Source: an uncultured Thermoleophilia bacterium (GTDB lineage Bacteria; Actinomycetota; Thermoleophilia; UBA2241). From it: DNA of 64,000 nucleotides. Below, one piece after another: positions 19,437 to 29,293 of the stretch (position 1 is its first letter; each line of letters opens with the position of its first letter). The position numbers and the translations under genes are program-made. The stretch lies in contig CAVPCT010000003.1 of the NCBI GenBank assembly GCA_963702475.1, positions 928,001 to 992,000 of the forward strand, written 5' to 3'. The notes beneath the pieces were generated by a model. It was not told where the DNA came from. It saw nothing but the letters and a program-made list of their open reading frames with translations, and did no database searches.

Positions 19437-20564
19437 ATGCTCACTTTCCGCAAGTTGAGTCTGGTGATGGCGATCGCGCTGTCCGCTGTGCTTCTGGTTA
19501 GCTGTGGCGGCATGCGGTTCGTCGGACGGCACCGAGGGAGAGACGCCATCTGTTGCGGCGACGGCGACTTCCGTGGCAGATTTCGGCGACTTGGACGCGC
19601 TCATCGCGGCCGCCAAGGAAGAGGGGACGCTCAACGTGATCGCCCTGCCTCCGGACTGGGCGAACTACGGCGAGATGATCTCCACCTTCGAGTCCAAGTA
19701 CGGGATCAAGATCAACTCGGCGCAGCCCGACGGCAGCAGCCAGGACGAGATCAATGCGCCCACCCAGCTGAAGGGCACGGATCGCGCTCCGGACGTCTTC
19801 GACTGGGTGGCAGCGTGGCTCTCGCCAACACGAGCATGTTCGCCCTACAAGGTCGCTGCGTGGGATCAGATACCCGAGAGCTTGAAGGATCCAACGGCCT
19901 GTGGGTGAGCGACTACACCGGCTACATGTCGATCGGGTACAACGCCGACAAGGTGCCGGAGCCTGACCACGATCAACGACCTGCTCAAGCCCGCGTACAA
20001 GGGCACGGTCGCCCTCAACGGCAACCCGACGCAGGCTTCTGCGGGCTTCAACGGCGTGGTCATGGCCACGATCGCGAACGGCGGCTCGGCTGACGACTTC
20101 GCTCCGGGCGTGGACTTCTTCTCGGAGCTGAACAAGGCCGGCAACCTCTTGCCCGTGGATCCGACTCCGGCGACGATCGCCTCGGGACAGACCCGATCGT
20201 CATCGATTGGGACTACAACAACGTCGCGCAGACCGCTGCGCTCGAGGGCAAGGTCGACTGGAAGGTCGTCGTGCCCGCGAACGAGGTCGTGCCGCCTACT
20301 ACAACGAGGCGATCAACATCGACGCGCCGCACCCCGCGGCGGCGCGACTGTGGCAGGAGTTCGTGTTCTCGCCCGAGGGTCAGAACATCTGGCTCAAGGG
20401 AGCCGCTCGCCCGGTCCTCCTCGACTGATGATAGAGGACGGGACGGTCGAAGGTGGCTCTTAGCGCTGCCCGACCGCGGTCGGGACGCCGGTCACGCTCA
20501 CCCAGTCTCAGATTGAGGCGGGGCAGAGTACCTGCTCGCCAACTGGAACCAGGCGGTGCAGTGA
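19437..20564 (+). CDS. ABC importer substrate-binding lipoprotein (Fe3+/polyamine/sugar-phosphate class), frameshifted
   Basis: Signal peptide ending in AAC; LIAAAKEEGTLNVIALPPDWANYG; APHPAAARLWQEF; several single-base indels. Confidence 0.75.
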
Positions 20565-21514
20565 CCCAGGGCGCTGACGTTCCCTTGGCTGCTGTCGGGG
20601 ACCATGCTCCAGGCGCGGGCGGGGCGGCTACCCGCCCGCGCCGCCAGGCGGTGCTCTGAGGTCGCTGCGACCGACGAGTCGCCAGCTCGGAGTGGTCCCC
20701 TTCTTCGTGTACATCGCGATATTTCTGCTCTGGCCGACGATCATCGTGATCGCCGGCGCGTTCCAGAGCAGCGACGGCCAGCTGACCCTCGACAACATCA
20801 AGACGGTCCTGGGAACCAGCGCCTATCTCCAGGCGTTCTGGTATTCGATCAAGCTCTCGGTCGTGACCGCCCTGGCCGGCGGCGTGTTCGGTGCGCTGCT
20901 GGCCTGGGCGGTCGCCGAGGGCAATCCACACGGCGTGTTTCGCCGTCAAGCGGTGGCTTGGTCTGGTGTGCTGGCCCAGTTCGGCGGAGTGATGCTCGCC
21001 TTCGCGTTCCTGGCCACGTTCGGCTACGCCGGCGTGATCACTTGGGCCTGCAGAGCGTGGCGGGAGTAGACCCCCTCGCCATCGGTGGCTGGATCTACAG
21101 CTTCACCGGCCTCGCGGTCGTCTACACGTTCTTCCAGATCCCGTTGATGGTCCTGATCTTTCTTCCGGCCGTCGACGGCCTTCAGGTGCAGTGGCGTGAG
21201 GCGTCGGACAACCTCGGCGGAGGCTCCTGGGTCTACTGGCGGTATGTGGCGGGGCCGATCCTCGCCCGAGCTTCGTGGCCGGCTTGCTGCTCCTCTTCGT
21301 CAGTGCCTTCTCCGCGTATGCGACGGCTGCCGCCCTCATCAGTCAGGGAAGCCCGATCGTGCCCCTGCAGATCCGCACCTTCCTTCAGAGCGAGGTGGTC
21401 CTGGGTCAGGCCAACGTGGGCAAGGCCCTGGCGTTCGGCATGGTCGTGGTCGTTGCCGTCGTGATGTCGCTGTACGCCTTGCTGCAGCGAAGGGGTGCCA
21501 AATGGCGCGCCTAG
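20561..21514 (+). CDS. ABC importer permease 1 (frameshifted)
   Basis: Hydrophobic segments, QFGGVMLAFAF and EAA-like loop WREASDNLGG; GTG overlaps the upstream stop. Confidence 0.75.
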
Positions 21515-22356
21515 CAAAGGCTCGAGCATCCGGCGGTTCCCGCCGGACCTGGTCTCGGACTCTCGTGAGATGGATCGTGCTCACGGTCGTCGGCGCCTAC
21601 CTGCTCGTGCCCCTCCTGTCCATGTTGGACTTCTCGACCGGGGCGCAGGCTCGAGCCGCACCCTGGAAGCCTGGACGGCCATCGCCGGCTATACGGAACT
21701 GGTCAGCGCGATCGCCGTGACTCTCGAGCTTGCCGTACTCACTGTGGCAGGGATGCTGTGCCTCCTGGTGCCGACGATGGTGTGGGTGCACCTGCGCCTG
21801 CCCGGTGTGCGTCGCGTGATGGAGTTCTTCTGTCTGCTGCCGCTGACGATCCCGGCCATCGTGCTCGTCGTGGGGCTGGCGCCGGTGTTCTCTTGGCTTG
21901 CATACTCTTCGGGGACACCCCGCTGGTCCTGGCGTTCGTCTTCGTCGTCCTCGTCATGCCGTTCGCCTACCGCGCCATCGACGCGGGGTTGCGGGCCGTG
22001 GACATCGAGACCCTGTCGGAGGCCGCGCTGGTCTGGGCGCTACGTGGTGGGGCACCCTGTTCCGGATCGTGATACCGAGCATTCGGGGAGCGCTCCTCTC
22101 CGCCGCGGTCCTCTCCATCGCGCTCGTCATGGGCGAATACACCATCGCGTCATTGCTCAACTACAACACGCTGCAGGTCGTCCTGTACCAGGTGGGATTG
22201 CGGGACGCCGCGGTGTCCGTCGCGGTGTCGCTGGCAGCCCTCATCTTCGGCTTCGTCCTGCTCTTCATCGTGTCATCCGCGGGCTCTCGACGTCGCGGAG
22301 CTTCTGATCGTGAGGAATCGACCCTGGCACCCCTGGAAGGAGGCCTGCAGCAGTGA
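21502..22356 (+). CDS. ABC importer permease 2 (frameshifted)
   Basis: LLPLTIPAIVLVVG, TLSEAA..LGA and MGEYTIAS motifs. Confidence 0.75.
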
Positions 22357-23470
22357 CTTCCCAGATCGAAAGGACTGGTGGTGTGGATCGCTCCACTGGC
22401 TCGGGTGTCGCACTGCAGCTCGTCGAGCTCCGCCGGTCGTGGGGTGCCGTTCGCGCTCTCGATGGGCTGTCCCTCGATATCGCGGCGGGCGAGCTCGTGG
22501 CCTTCCTTGGGCCCTCCGGCTGCGGGAAGACAACAGCATTGAGGATCATCGCGGGGCTCGACGAAGCCGATTCGGGCGAGGTCCTCGTGGAAGGCGAGGA
22601 CATCTGCCGCGTCCGCGCAAGTCGGCGGGGCATGGGCATGGTCCATCAGGCCTACAGCTTGTTTCCCAACATGACGGCTCGCGACAACGTCGCTTTTGGA
22701 CTGCTGATGCGAAAGGTGGGAAAGACCGAGCGGCGTCGTCGCGCGAACGACCTCCTCGAGCTCGTCGGCCTGGGCGCGCAGGCTGGCCGCTACCCGAGTG
22801 AGATGTCCGGTGGGCAACAGCAGCGAGTTGCACTGGCGCGAGCGCTCGCCATCGAGCCGAGGGTGCTGCTCCTGGATGAGCCCTGTCCGCGCTCGATGCC
22901 AAGGTGCGCGGCGAGCTCCGCGACGAGATCCGGCGTATCCAGGTCGAGGTCGGCACCACGACCATCTTCGTGACACACGACCAGGAGGAGGCGTTTGCGC
23001 TGGCCGACCGGGTAGCGGTGATGCACCTCGGTCGGCTCGAACAGGTGGCGCCTCCTACGGAGATCTACCAGAGGCCGCGGACGGCGTTCGTGGCTGAGTT
23101 CGTCGGTCTGACCAATCGGCTGCCGGGAGTGGCAAGGGGCGGCATGGTCGAAGTCCTGGACAGCCAGGTGCCGTTGCTCGATGGATCCGCGGAGTCCGGC
23201 GACGTGACGGTGCTGGTGCGACCTGAGTCGATACAGATCACGCCATCCCCTGATGGCGGCGCTACGGTAGCTTCAATGAGCTTCCGAGGGGCGATCTGCC
23301 TGCTTCGCATCCGGCTTGCCGCCGGGAATGTCGTGCTGGTGCAGGTGCCGAGCGCGGAGAGCGCCGAGCTTGCTCTCGGCGCTTCCGTCCGCGCGACCAT
23401 GCGGCCTGTCCACGTTCTTGCCGTGACCGCGGCATCCGGCCGGGATGAACAGTCAGGCGCCGGCGAGTGA
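22353..23470 (+). CDS. ABC importer ATPase with TOBE domain (frameshift near 22883)
   Basis: GPSGCGKTT, MSGGQQQRVALAR, LLDEP and VTHDQEEA. Confidence 0.85.
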
Positions 23471-23787
23471 TGGGCGGACTCGCCGCAGGATGAGAAACGG
23501 CAGGCGTCATTGAGCGCCATGGTATGGAGCTCGTGATGACCGCAGGCGCTCTCTGCCGCATCGATCTCCGCAAGCAGGATCCATTGCAGCCTCAACGGGA
23601 TCGGCGCGAAGGTCCCTGACTTGACGCAGTCTCCCGCCACCCTCGCCCTTTGCGACGTCGTGAGTGCCCTCGAGGAGCCGCTTCATCGTGAGTAGCACCT
23701 TCGGTGCTCCCGAGGGCGCAGACGGTGGCTGTGCCGAGCGGCGTGCAGGCGAAGCGCACCCACCGACGCGCTCCGGTAGGCCTGCAT

Positions 23788-23925
23788 CCTGCTCTCTTTC
23801 GCCGGGATCCGTCGCGCTGGTCTTGGCCGCCGGCACGGCCGCCGGCGGCTCGCTCGCGGGGAACCTGCTGGTGCTCGTCGCCTCGCTCTCGACTGCGGTC
23901 TTCAGCCTCCTCGCCCGGCGCGCTC
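23788..23925 (+). pseudogene. Internal fragment of an EamA/DMT transporter
   Basis: VALVLAAGTAAGGSLAGNLLVLVASLSTAVFSLLARR matches VALVLAAGAASGGSLTGNLLVLAASLAAAVYSLLARR of 34677-35606. Confidence 0.8.
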
Positions 23926-24300
23926 ATCCCTGTGCGGGTCAGGTAGACAGCAACAGCTTCACACCTGGGCTGGGAACGGGCGACGTTCACTCTGGCGTGG
24001 GGCTACAGGGCGTCGAGCAGCGATCGCAGTTCGTGGCCAAGGTTCGAGCGTTGTCCACTGAGGTGCACCAGTCACCCGTACCGGCACGCCTCGGCCACCC
24101 TGCACTTCCCCGCCGCGACTGCCTCGTACCGCTCACCCAAACGCGCGGCGGCGGTGGCCGCTCAGCTCCTCGAACCTGCTCGCCCGTACAGGCGGAGCGC
24201 CGGCAGGTCGTCGCGCTGGATCTGGAGGTGGGGTGGAGAGGCGCCCCGCGACTCGGCCTGTCCGGCACCGGCGCCACTCCTCGCTCCGGCGCGGCCTCGC

Positions 24301-25050
24301 CTACTTGTCCCAGGAGTGGTCGCCGTCGAGACGACCGTCGACCAGCTGCATCACCCGGTCGCTGCTGTCGATGAGGCGGGCGTCGTGGGTGACCACCAGC
24401 ACCGCCCGCCCCTCCTCTGCGGCGATCTCGCGGAACAGCGCCAGCACATTTCGCCCGCTCTTGGAGTCCAGATTGGCGGTGGGTTCGTCGGCCAGCAGCA
24501 GGGGCGGGTCGTTGATGAGCGCCCGCCCCAGCGCCACGCGCTGCTTCTCGCCGGCGGAGAGCTGTTCGGGGAGGTGTTTCAGACGTTCGCCGAGTCCCAG
24601 GCGCTCGAGCACTGCGGCGGCCCGCCGGCGGCGCTTGCGCACGCTCACGCCGGCCAGCGACGCCGGCAGGGCCACGTTGTCCAGTGCGTTGAGGGCGGGG
24701 AAGAGGTTGAACGACTGGAACACGAAGCCGATCTTCATCAGGCGGACGTGGGCCAGCTCCCGCGCCTTGCGCCTGCTGAGCGGCATGCCGTGCAGGTAGA
24801 CCTCGCCGGAGCTGGCGGTGAGCATGGCGCCGGCGATCATGAGCAGCGTGGTCTTTCCCGAGCCGGACGGCCCGATGATGAGGGCCAGCTCGCCCTGGTC
24901 GAGGCGCAGGTCGACGTCGGTGAGGGCGTCGACCTGCGCCGCCCCGCTGCCGAACACGCGGCCCACGTGGTCCAGTTGCAGCATGGGCACGCCGGAGAGC
25001 GGTGTCCCTCCGTTGCCCCGCTCGAAAGGTCCGCTACGCTGGCTTCTCAT
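24301..25050 (-). CDS. ABC exporter ATPase (LolD/MacB/DevA-like)
   Basis: GPSGSGKTT, IGFVFQSFNL, LSAGEKQRV, ADEPTANLD; ATG at 25050 overlaps the permease stop. Confidence 0.9.
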   Translation of the reverse strand: MRSQRSGPFERGNGGTPLSGVPMLQLDHVGRVFGSGAAQVDALTDVDLRLDQGELALIIGPSGSGKTTLLMIAGAMLTASSGEVYLHGMPLSRRKARELAHVRLMKIGFVFQSFNLFPALNALDNVALPASLAGVSVRKRRRRAAAVLERLGLGERLKHLPEQLSAGEKQRVALGRALINDPPLLLADEPTANLDSKSGRNVLALFREIAAEEGRAVLVVTHDARLIDSSDRVMQLVDGRLDGDHSWDK

Positions 25051-26162
25051 GCTCTGAACACCACCGCGGGGTCCACCTGGGCGATCTTGCGCAGCGGCGC
25101 GAACGCGGCGATCAGCCCCATGAGGAGCGCCGCGATGCCCACCAGCACGAGGTCGCGCGTGGTGATGTTGGTGATGAACTGAGGAACCCACTCCTCGGCG
25201 CCCTTTGCCGCCAGCATGGAGACGCCCACGCCCACGGCGTAGCCGGCCAGGGCGGAGAAGATGGCCTGCACGGCGACCACCACGAGCATCTGGCGCGTGC
25301 GTGCGCCCACCGCCTTGAGCACGCCGTACTCGCGCCGGTGCTCGAGCACGGCCGAGTAGATGGTGAGGCCGATGACGGCGACGCCGATGAAGAAGCCGAT
25401 GACCAGCAGCACCCCGAGCACCGGCAGGAACCCTTCGTTCACCACGCGCCGGTTGGCCTTGATCATCTGCGAGAGCGACTTGACCGTCGCGGTCACGTCC
25501 ATGGACTCGACCTGGTCCCTGACGAAGCCGGGCGCGACGTCCTCGTCGTAGGTGAGGAGGAAGCCCGTCACGATGTCCTGTGTCTCGAGCAGCTTCCGCG
25601 CGCGCCAACGGGTGACGAAGCCGTACTGGAACACCACCATGTCGCCGCCGGCGCTGATGCCCGCGATCTCGAGCCTCTGGTCGTTGATGTCCAGCACGTC
25701 GCCGAGGCCGACGCCGTACTTCTTGGCGAACACGCGGTCGACGACGATCTGCCTGTTGGTGATGGCGCTCGTCCCGGCCACCATGGCCACCGGCCCCGGG
25801 CCGGGTCCGTCGCGGTCGGGATCGAAGCCGACGATGTACAGCACCACGTCCCGGCTGCCGATCTTGAAGCCCACTTGCCGGGCGGTGTACGGGACGGCCT
25901 CATCCACGCCGTAGATGTCTTCGAGGTGGTCGCCGAGCTCCTCGGGCAGTACCGAGTACGAGAACAGCAGGTCGGCGCTGCCCTGCTGCAGCACCCACGC
26001 GTTGACGTCCATGGACTCGTAGTAGTCCCCGACCTTGGTCTCGTAGGCCAGATACAGGCCCCGCAGGAGCACGATGAGGGTGACGGCGAACGCCACGCCG
26101 CCGATGGAGATGACGAGGCGGGCCTTCTCCTTGAACAGGTTCTTTCGAGCGAGCGTGAACAT
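25047..26162 (-). CDS. ABC exporter permease, MacB/FtsX (DevC-like) family (copy A)
   Basis: N-terminal TM, extracellular domain, REYGVLKAVGA, three C-terminal TMs, VDPAVVFR. Confidence 0.88.
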   Translation of the reverse strand: MFTLARKNLFKEKARLVISIGGVAFAVTLIVLLRGLYLAYETKVGDYYESMDVNAWVLQQGSADLLFSYSVLPEELGDHLEDIYGVDEAVPYTARQVGFKIGSRDVVLYIVGFDPDRDGPGPGPVAMVAGTSAITNRQIVVDRVFAKKYGVGLGDVLDINDQRLEIAGISAGGDMVVFQYGFVTRWRARKLLETQDIVTGFLLTYDEDVAPGFVRDQVESMDVTATVKSLSQMIKANRRVVNEGFLPVLGVLLVIGFFIGVAVIGLTIYSAVLEHRREYGVLKAVGARTRQMLVVVAVQAIFSALAGYAVGVGVSMLAAKGAEEWVPQFITNITTRDLVLVGIAALLMGLIAAFAPLRKIAQVDPAVVFRA

Positions 26163-26337
26163 CCGCAGGCCCCGCCCCGGGTCGCCTCCACTGGCGGGAT
26201 TCTATCAGCCGCCCGCCCGGGACGGCGGGCGGATGTGCCCCGGATACCCCTGCGGGTTTCGTGCGCGGTTAACCGCGCCGGCTCTCCGGCCGATAGAATG
26301 AGCGATCACGACGACAGGCGGATGAAGGGACACGGCG

Positions 26338-27378
26338 TTGGTGTACGGCGCCAGATTCGAGGCTGTAGGGGCGGTCGTTCCGGAGCGGCGGGTCTCGTCC
26401 CGCGACCTCATGGCACGCGTCAGCACGCGCGGTCGCGTGAGCCTGGAGGGGCTCACCGGCATCCGCGAGAGGCGCGTGTGCGGCGAGGGGGAGGACTCGT
26501 ACACGCTCGCGGTCGGCGCCGCTGAGGAGTGCCTGCGGCACTCCGCCTACGGCGCCGAGGACCTCGACATGCTGCTCAGCTGTTCCATCTCGCGCTTCAA
26601 GGACGGCCTCAAGTTCATGTTCGAGCCGCCGCTGTCGCTCTACGTGCGTGAGGCCATCGGCGCGCGACGGGCGATCGCGTTCGACGTCGCCAACGCCTGC
26701 GCCGGCATGCTCACCGGCGTGTACATCCTCACCGACTTTGTCCGGCGGGGAGTCATCCGCCGGGGCATGGTCGTCTCCGGCGAGTACATCACGTCGCTCA
26801 GCGAGAACGCCGTGCCGCACGTGAGGACGGTGCTCAGTCGCCAGCTGGCCTCGCTCAGCCTGGGCGACTGCGGCGCGGCCGCGATCGTCGAGCGCTGCGA
26901 CTCGTGCGCCGACGCCCTCATCACCAGCGGGTTCGTCACGGTGGCTCGGCACAACAGGCTGTGCATCGGCGGGGCGAGCGAGACGGCGCCCGGCGGCGAG
27001 ATGATCACGCACGCACGCAAGCTGCACGAGGCGGCCATCACGTCGTCGCCGCCCGTGCTCGAGCGCGCCCTGCAGGAGTGGGGCAAAGAGCTCGGCGACA
27101 TAGACCACGTGATCCCGCATCAGACCTCCAGCAGGGCCATCGCTTCGGCCCAGCTGCTCATGCAGCGCAGGTTCGGCTCGGCCCCGCGCAACGTCGTCGT
27201 CAACGTCGAGGACTACGGCAACACGGCCAGCACCTCGCACTTTCTCGCCATGTACCGTCTGCTCCAGGAGAAGCGCTTCAAGCACGGCGAGAACGTCATG
27301 CTCGTGGCACTCGCATCCGGGCTCGTGATGGGCGTCGTGGGCTTCACGATGGACGCCATGGTCGAGCAGTATGGGTAG
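26338..27378 (+). CDS. OleA/LstA-like KAS-III (thiolase-fold) condensing enzyme, catalytic subunit
   Basis: FEPP (Glu), FDVANAC (Cys), VIPHQ (His) and YGNT (Asn). Confidence 0.85.
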   Translation: MVYGARFEAVGAVVPERRVSSRDLMARVSTRGRVSLEGLTGIRERRVCGEGEDSYTLAVGAAEECLRHSAYGAEDLDMLLSCSISRFKDGLKFMFEPPLSLYVREAIGARRAIAFDVANACAGMLTGVYILTDFVRRGVIRRGMVVSGEYITSLSENAVPHVRTVLSRQLASLSLGDCGAAAIVERCDSCADALITSGFVTVARHNRLCIGGASETAPGGEMITHARKLHEAAITSSPPVLERALQEWGKELGDIDHVIPHQTSSRAIASAQLLMQRRFGSAPRNVVVNVEDYGNTASTSHFLAMYRLLQEKRFKHGENVMLVALASGLVMGVVGFTMDAMVEQYG

Positions 27379-28246
27379 CGTGATCGCGGCCGTGGGTGTG
27401 GCCCGCGGTCAGGGTCCCGGCGCCAGCTCCGTCTCGCTGCAGGTCAAGGCCACCCGGAGCTGTCTGCGCCGCGCGGCCGTCCAGGCCTGTGACGTCGGCG
27501 TGCTCATCAACGCCGGTGTGTACCGCGATCGCAACATCGTGGAGCCGGCTACCGCCACGTTCATCCAGCGCAAGATCGGCGCCAACGTCGCGCTCAACGG
27601 CTCGCCCGGCACGTTCTCGTTCGACATCGACAGCGGCGGGTGCGGGCTCCTCACCGGGTGCATGCTGGCGGACGGGTTCCTCCGTTCGGACCCAGGCCGC
27701 TACGGCCTCGTGGTGGCCGGCGACGCCGAGCCGGTCCCCGGGCGCAGCGAGGGGTTCGCGTACGACCCCGCCGCCGCCGCCGTCCTGCTCGCCGCCGGGC
27801 CGGACGACGCCGGCTTCCTCCTGTTCCACAGCGACGTGGCCGAGACCGGCCTGGGCTCGTACAGCGGGCACATCGAGTGGGAGGCCAACCGCTACCGGCT
27901 GGTCATGCGACAGTCCGGCTCCTATGCCGACGAGTGCCTCGCGGCGGCGCTCGACAGCTTCGCCGAGCTGCTTCGCCGCGCGGAGCTCGAGCCGCCGGAC
28001 GTGGACCTGCTCATCCCCTCCCAGAGCCCGCCGCGCTTCACCCAGCTCCTGCGCAAGGCGACCGGTCTGGGCTCGAGAGTCGTGGACGTCACCCGTGAGT
28101 ACGGCAACGTGCACACCGCCGGGCCGGGGATGGCGCTCGCGCACGCGCTGCGCGAACGCCGGCTCGGACCCGGGGCGCGCGTCGTGTTCCTCACCGTCGG
28201 CGCGGGCGTCGCCACCTGCCTCGCGCTGTACAGGGTCCCGGCCTGA
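27371..28246 (+). CDS. Second KAS-III-like protein with a degenerate active site (LstB/NltB-like partner)
   Basis: Keeps YRDRNIVEPATA; FDIDSGGC and LIPSQ occupy the Cys and His motif positions; start overlaps the upstream gene. Confidence 0.75.
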   Translation: MGSVIAAVGVARGQGPGASSVSLQVKATRSCLRRAAVQACDVGVLINAGVYRDRNIVEPATATFIQRKIGANVALNGSPGTFSFDIDSGGCGLLTGCMLADGFLRSDPGRYGLVVAGDAEPVPGRSEGFAYDPAAAAVLLAAGPDDAGFLLFHSDVAETGLGSYSGHIEWEANRYRLVMRQSGSYADECLAAALDSFAELLRRAELEPPDVDLLIPSQSPPRFTQLLRKATGLGSRVVDVTREYGNVHTAGPGMALAHALRERRLGPGARVVFLTVGAGVATCLALYRVPA

Positions 28247-28262
28247 GGGCGGTCGCGCGTAC

Positions 28263-29293
28263 GTGACCGCGTCGTCCGCAGGCCGGGGCGTCCTCACCGG
28301 CGACGCCCAGGGGGCGCCGTCCCGCCTCCACGCGAGGGGCGTCGATCCGGCTCTGTACCCGTTCGCGTCACACTGGTTCCGCCGCGGCCGGCTGCAGATG
28401 CACTACCTCGACGAGGGCGACGGGGACCCCGTGGTGTGCGTGCACGGCAACCCGACGTGGTCGTTCTTCTTCCGCGAGGTGGTCAAGGCCCTCGCGCCAC
28501 AGCACCGCGTGGTGGTCCCCGACCACATGGGGTTCGGCCTGTCGTCGCGGCCCGGAGACCGTGAGTTCACCTTCACCCTGCGAAGCCACGTGGACAACCT
28601 GGAGGCGCTGCTCGACGAGCTCGGCCTCACCCGCAACGTCACGCTGGTCCTGCACGATTGGGGAGGGATGTTCGGCATGGGCGTGGCCTGTCGCCGGCCG
28701 GAGCGTATCTCCCGTATCGTTGCCCTCAACACCGCCGCGTTCCTCATGCCCCCGGGCAAGCGCCTGCCGCTCAGCCTGCACTTCGTGAAGAGCGTGCCGG
28801 TCGTCCCGGAGCTGCTCGTGCGCCGCTTCAACCTTTCGCGCGCACGGCCGCCGGGTGGCCGTCACCCGGCCCATGCCGGCAGCCGTGAGGCGCGCCTACG
28901 TCGACCCCTACACGGGTGGCGCGCCGGTCTCGCGACCCTGCGCTCGTGCAGGACATCCCGCTCTCGCCGCGCGACCGCAGCTACGCCACGGGCGCGTGGA
29001 TCGCCGACAACGTCGGGCAGTTCCGCGACCGTCCGATGCTCGTCTGCTGGGGCGAGGGGACTGGGTGTTCGATCACGCCGTCTACGCCGAGTGGCGAGGC
29101 CGCTTTCCCGGCGCGGAGGTACCACACCTTTCCCGGCGCCGGCCACTACGTGCTCGAAGACGCCTCCGGGCCCATCGTCGAGCTCATCCGCGCCTTTCTG
29201 GCGCGGACGGCGGCACCGGCGGCCCGGGCGCCGGAGGAGGCCGGCCGCGCTGCGGCGCGGGATGCCTACGCTGCGCGGGAGGGCGAGCCGTGA
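28263..29293 (+). CDS. oleB: OleB-like beta-lactone decarboxylase (haloalkane-dehalogenase-fold hydrolase), about six indels in the 3' half
   Basis: LYPFASHW, HYLDEG, HGNPTWSF, HDWGG, VQDIPL, DWVFD, AGHYVLEDA; located between the oleA-like genes and oleC. Confidence 0.8.

Noticed and set aside
24050-24100. GGCACGCCTCGG as a possible attR copy of the tRNA anticodon arm
   Set aside because: Too short and mismatched, and no T-arm or 3' tRNA sequence follows.
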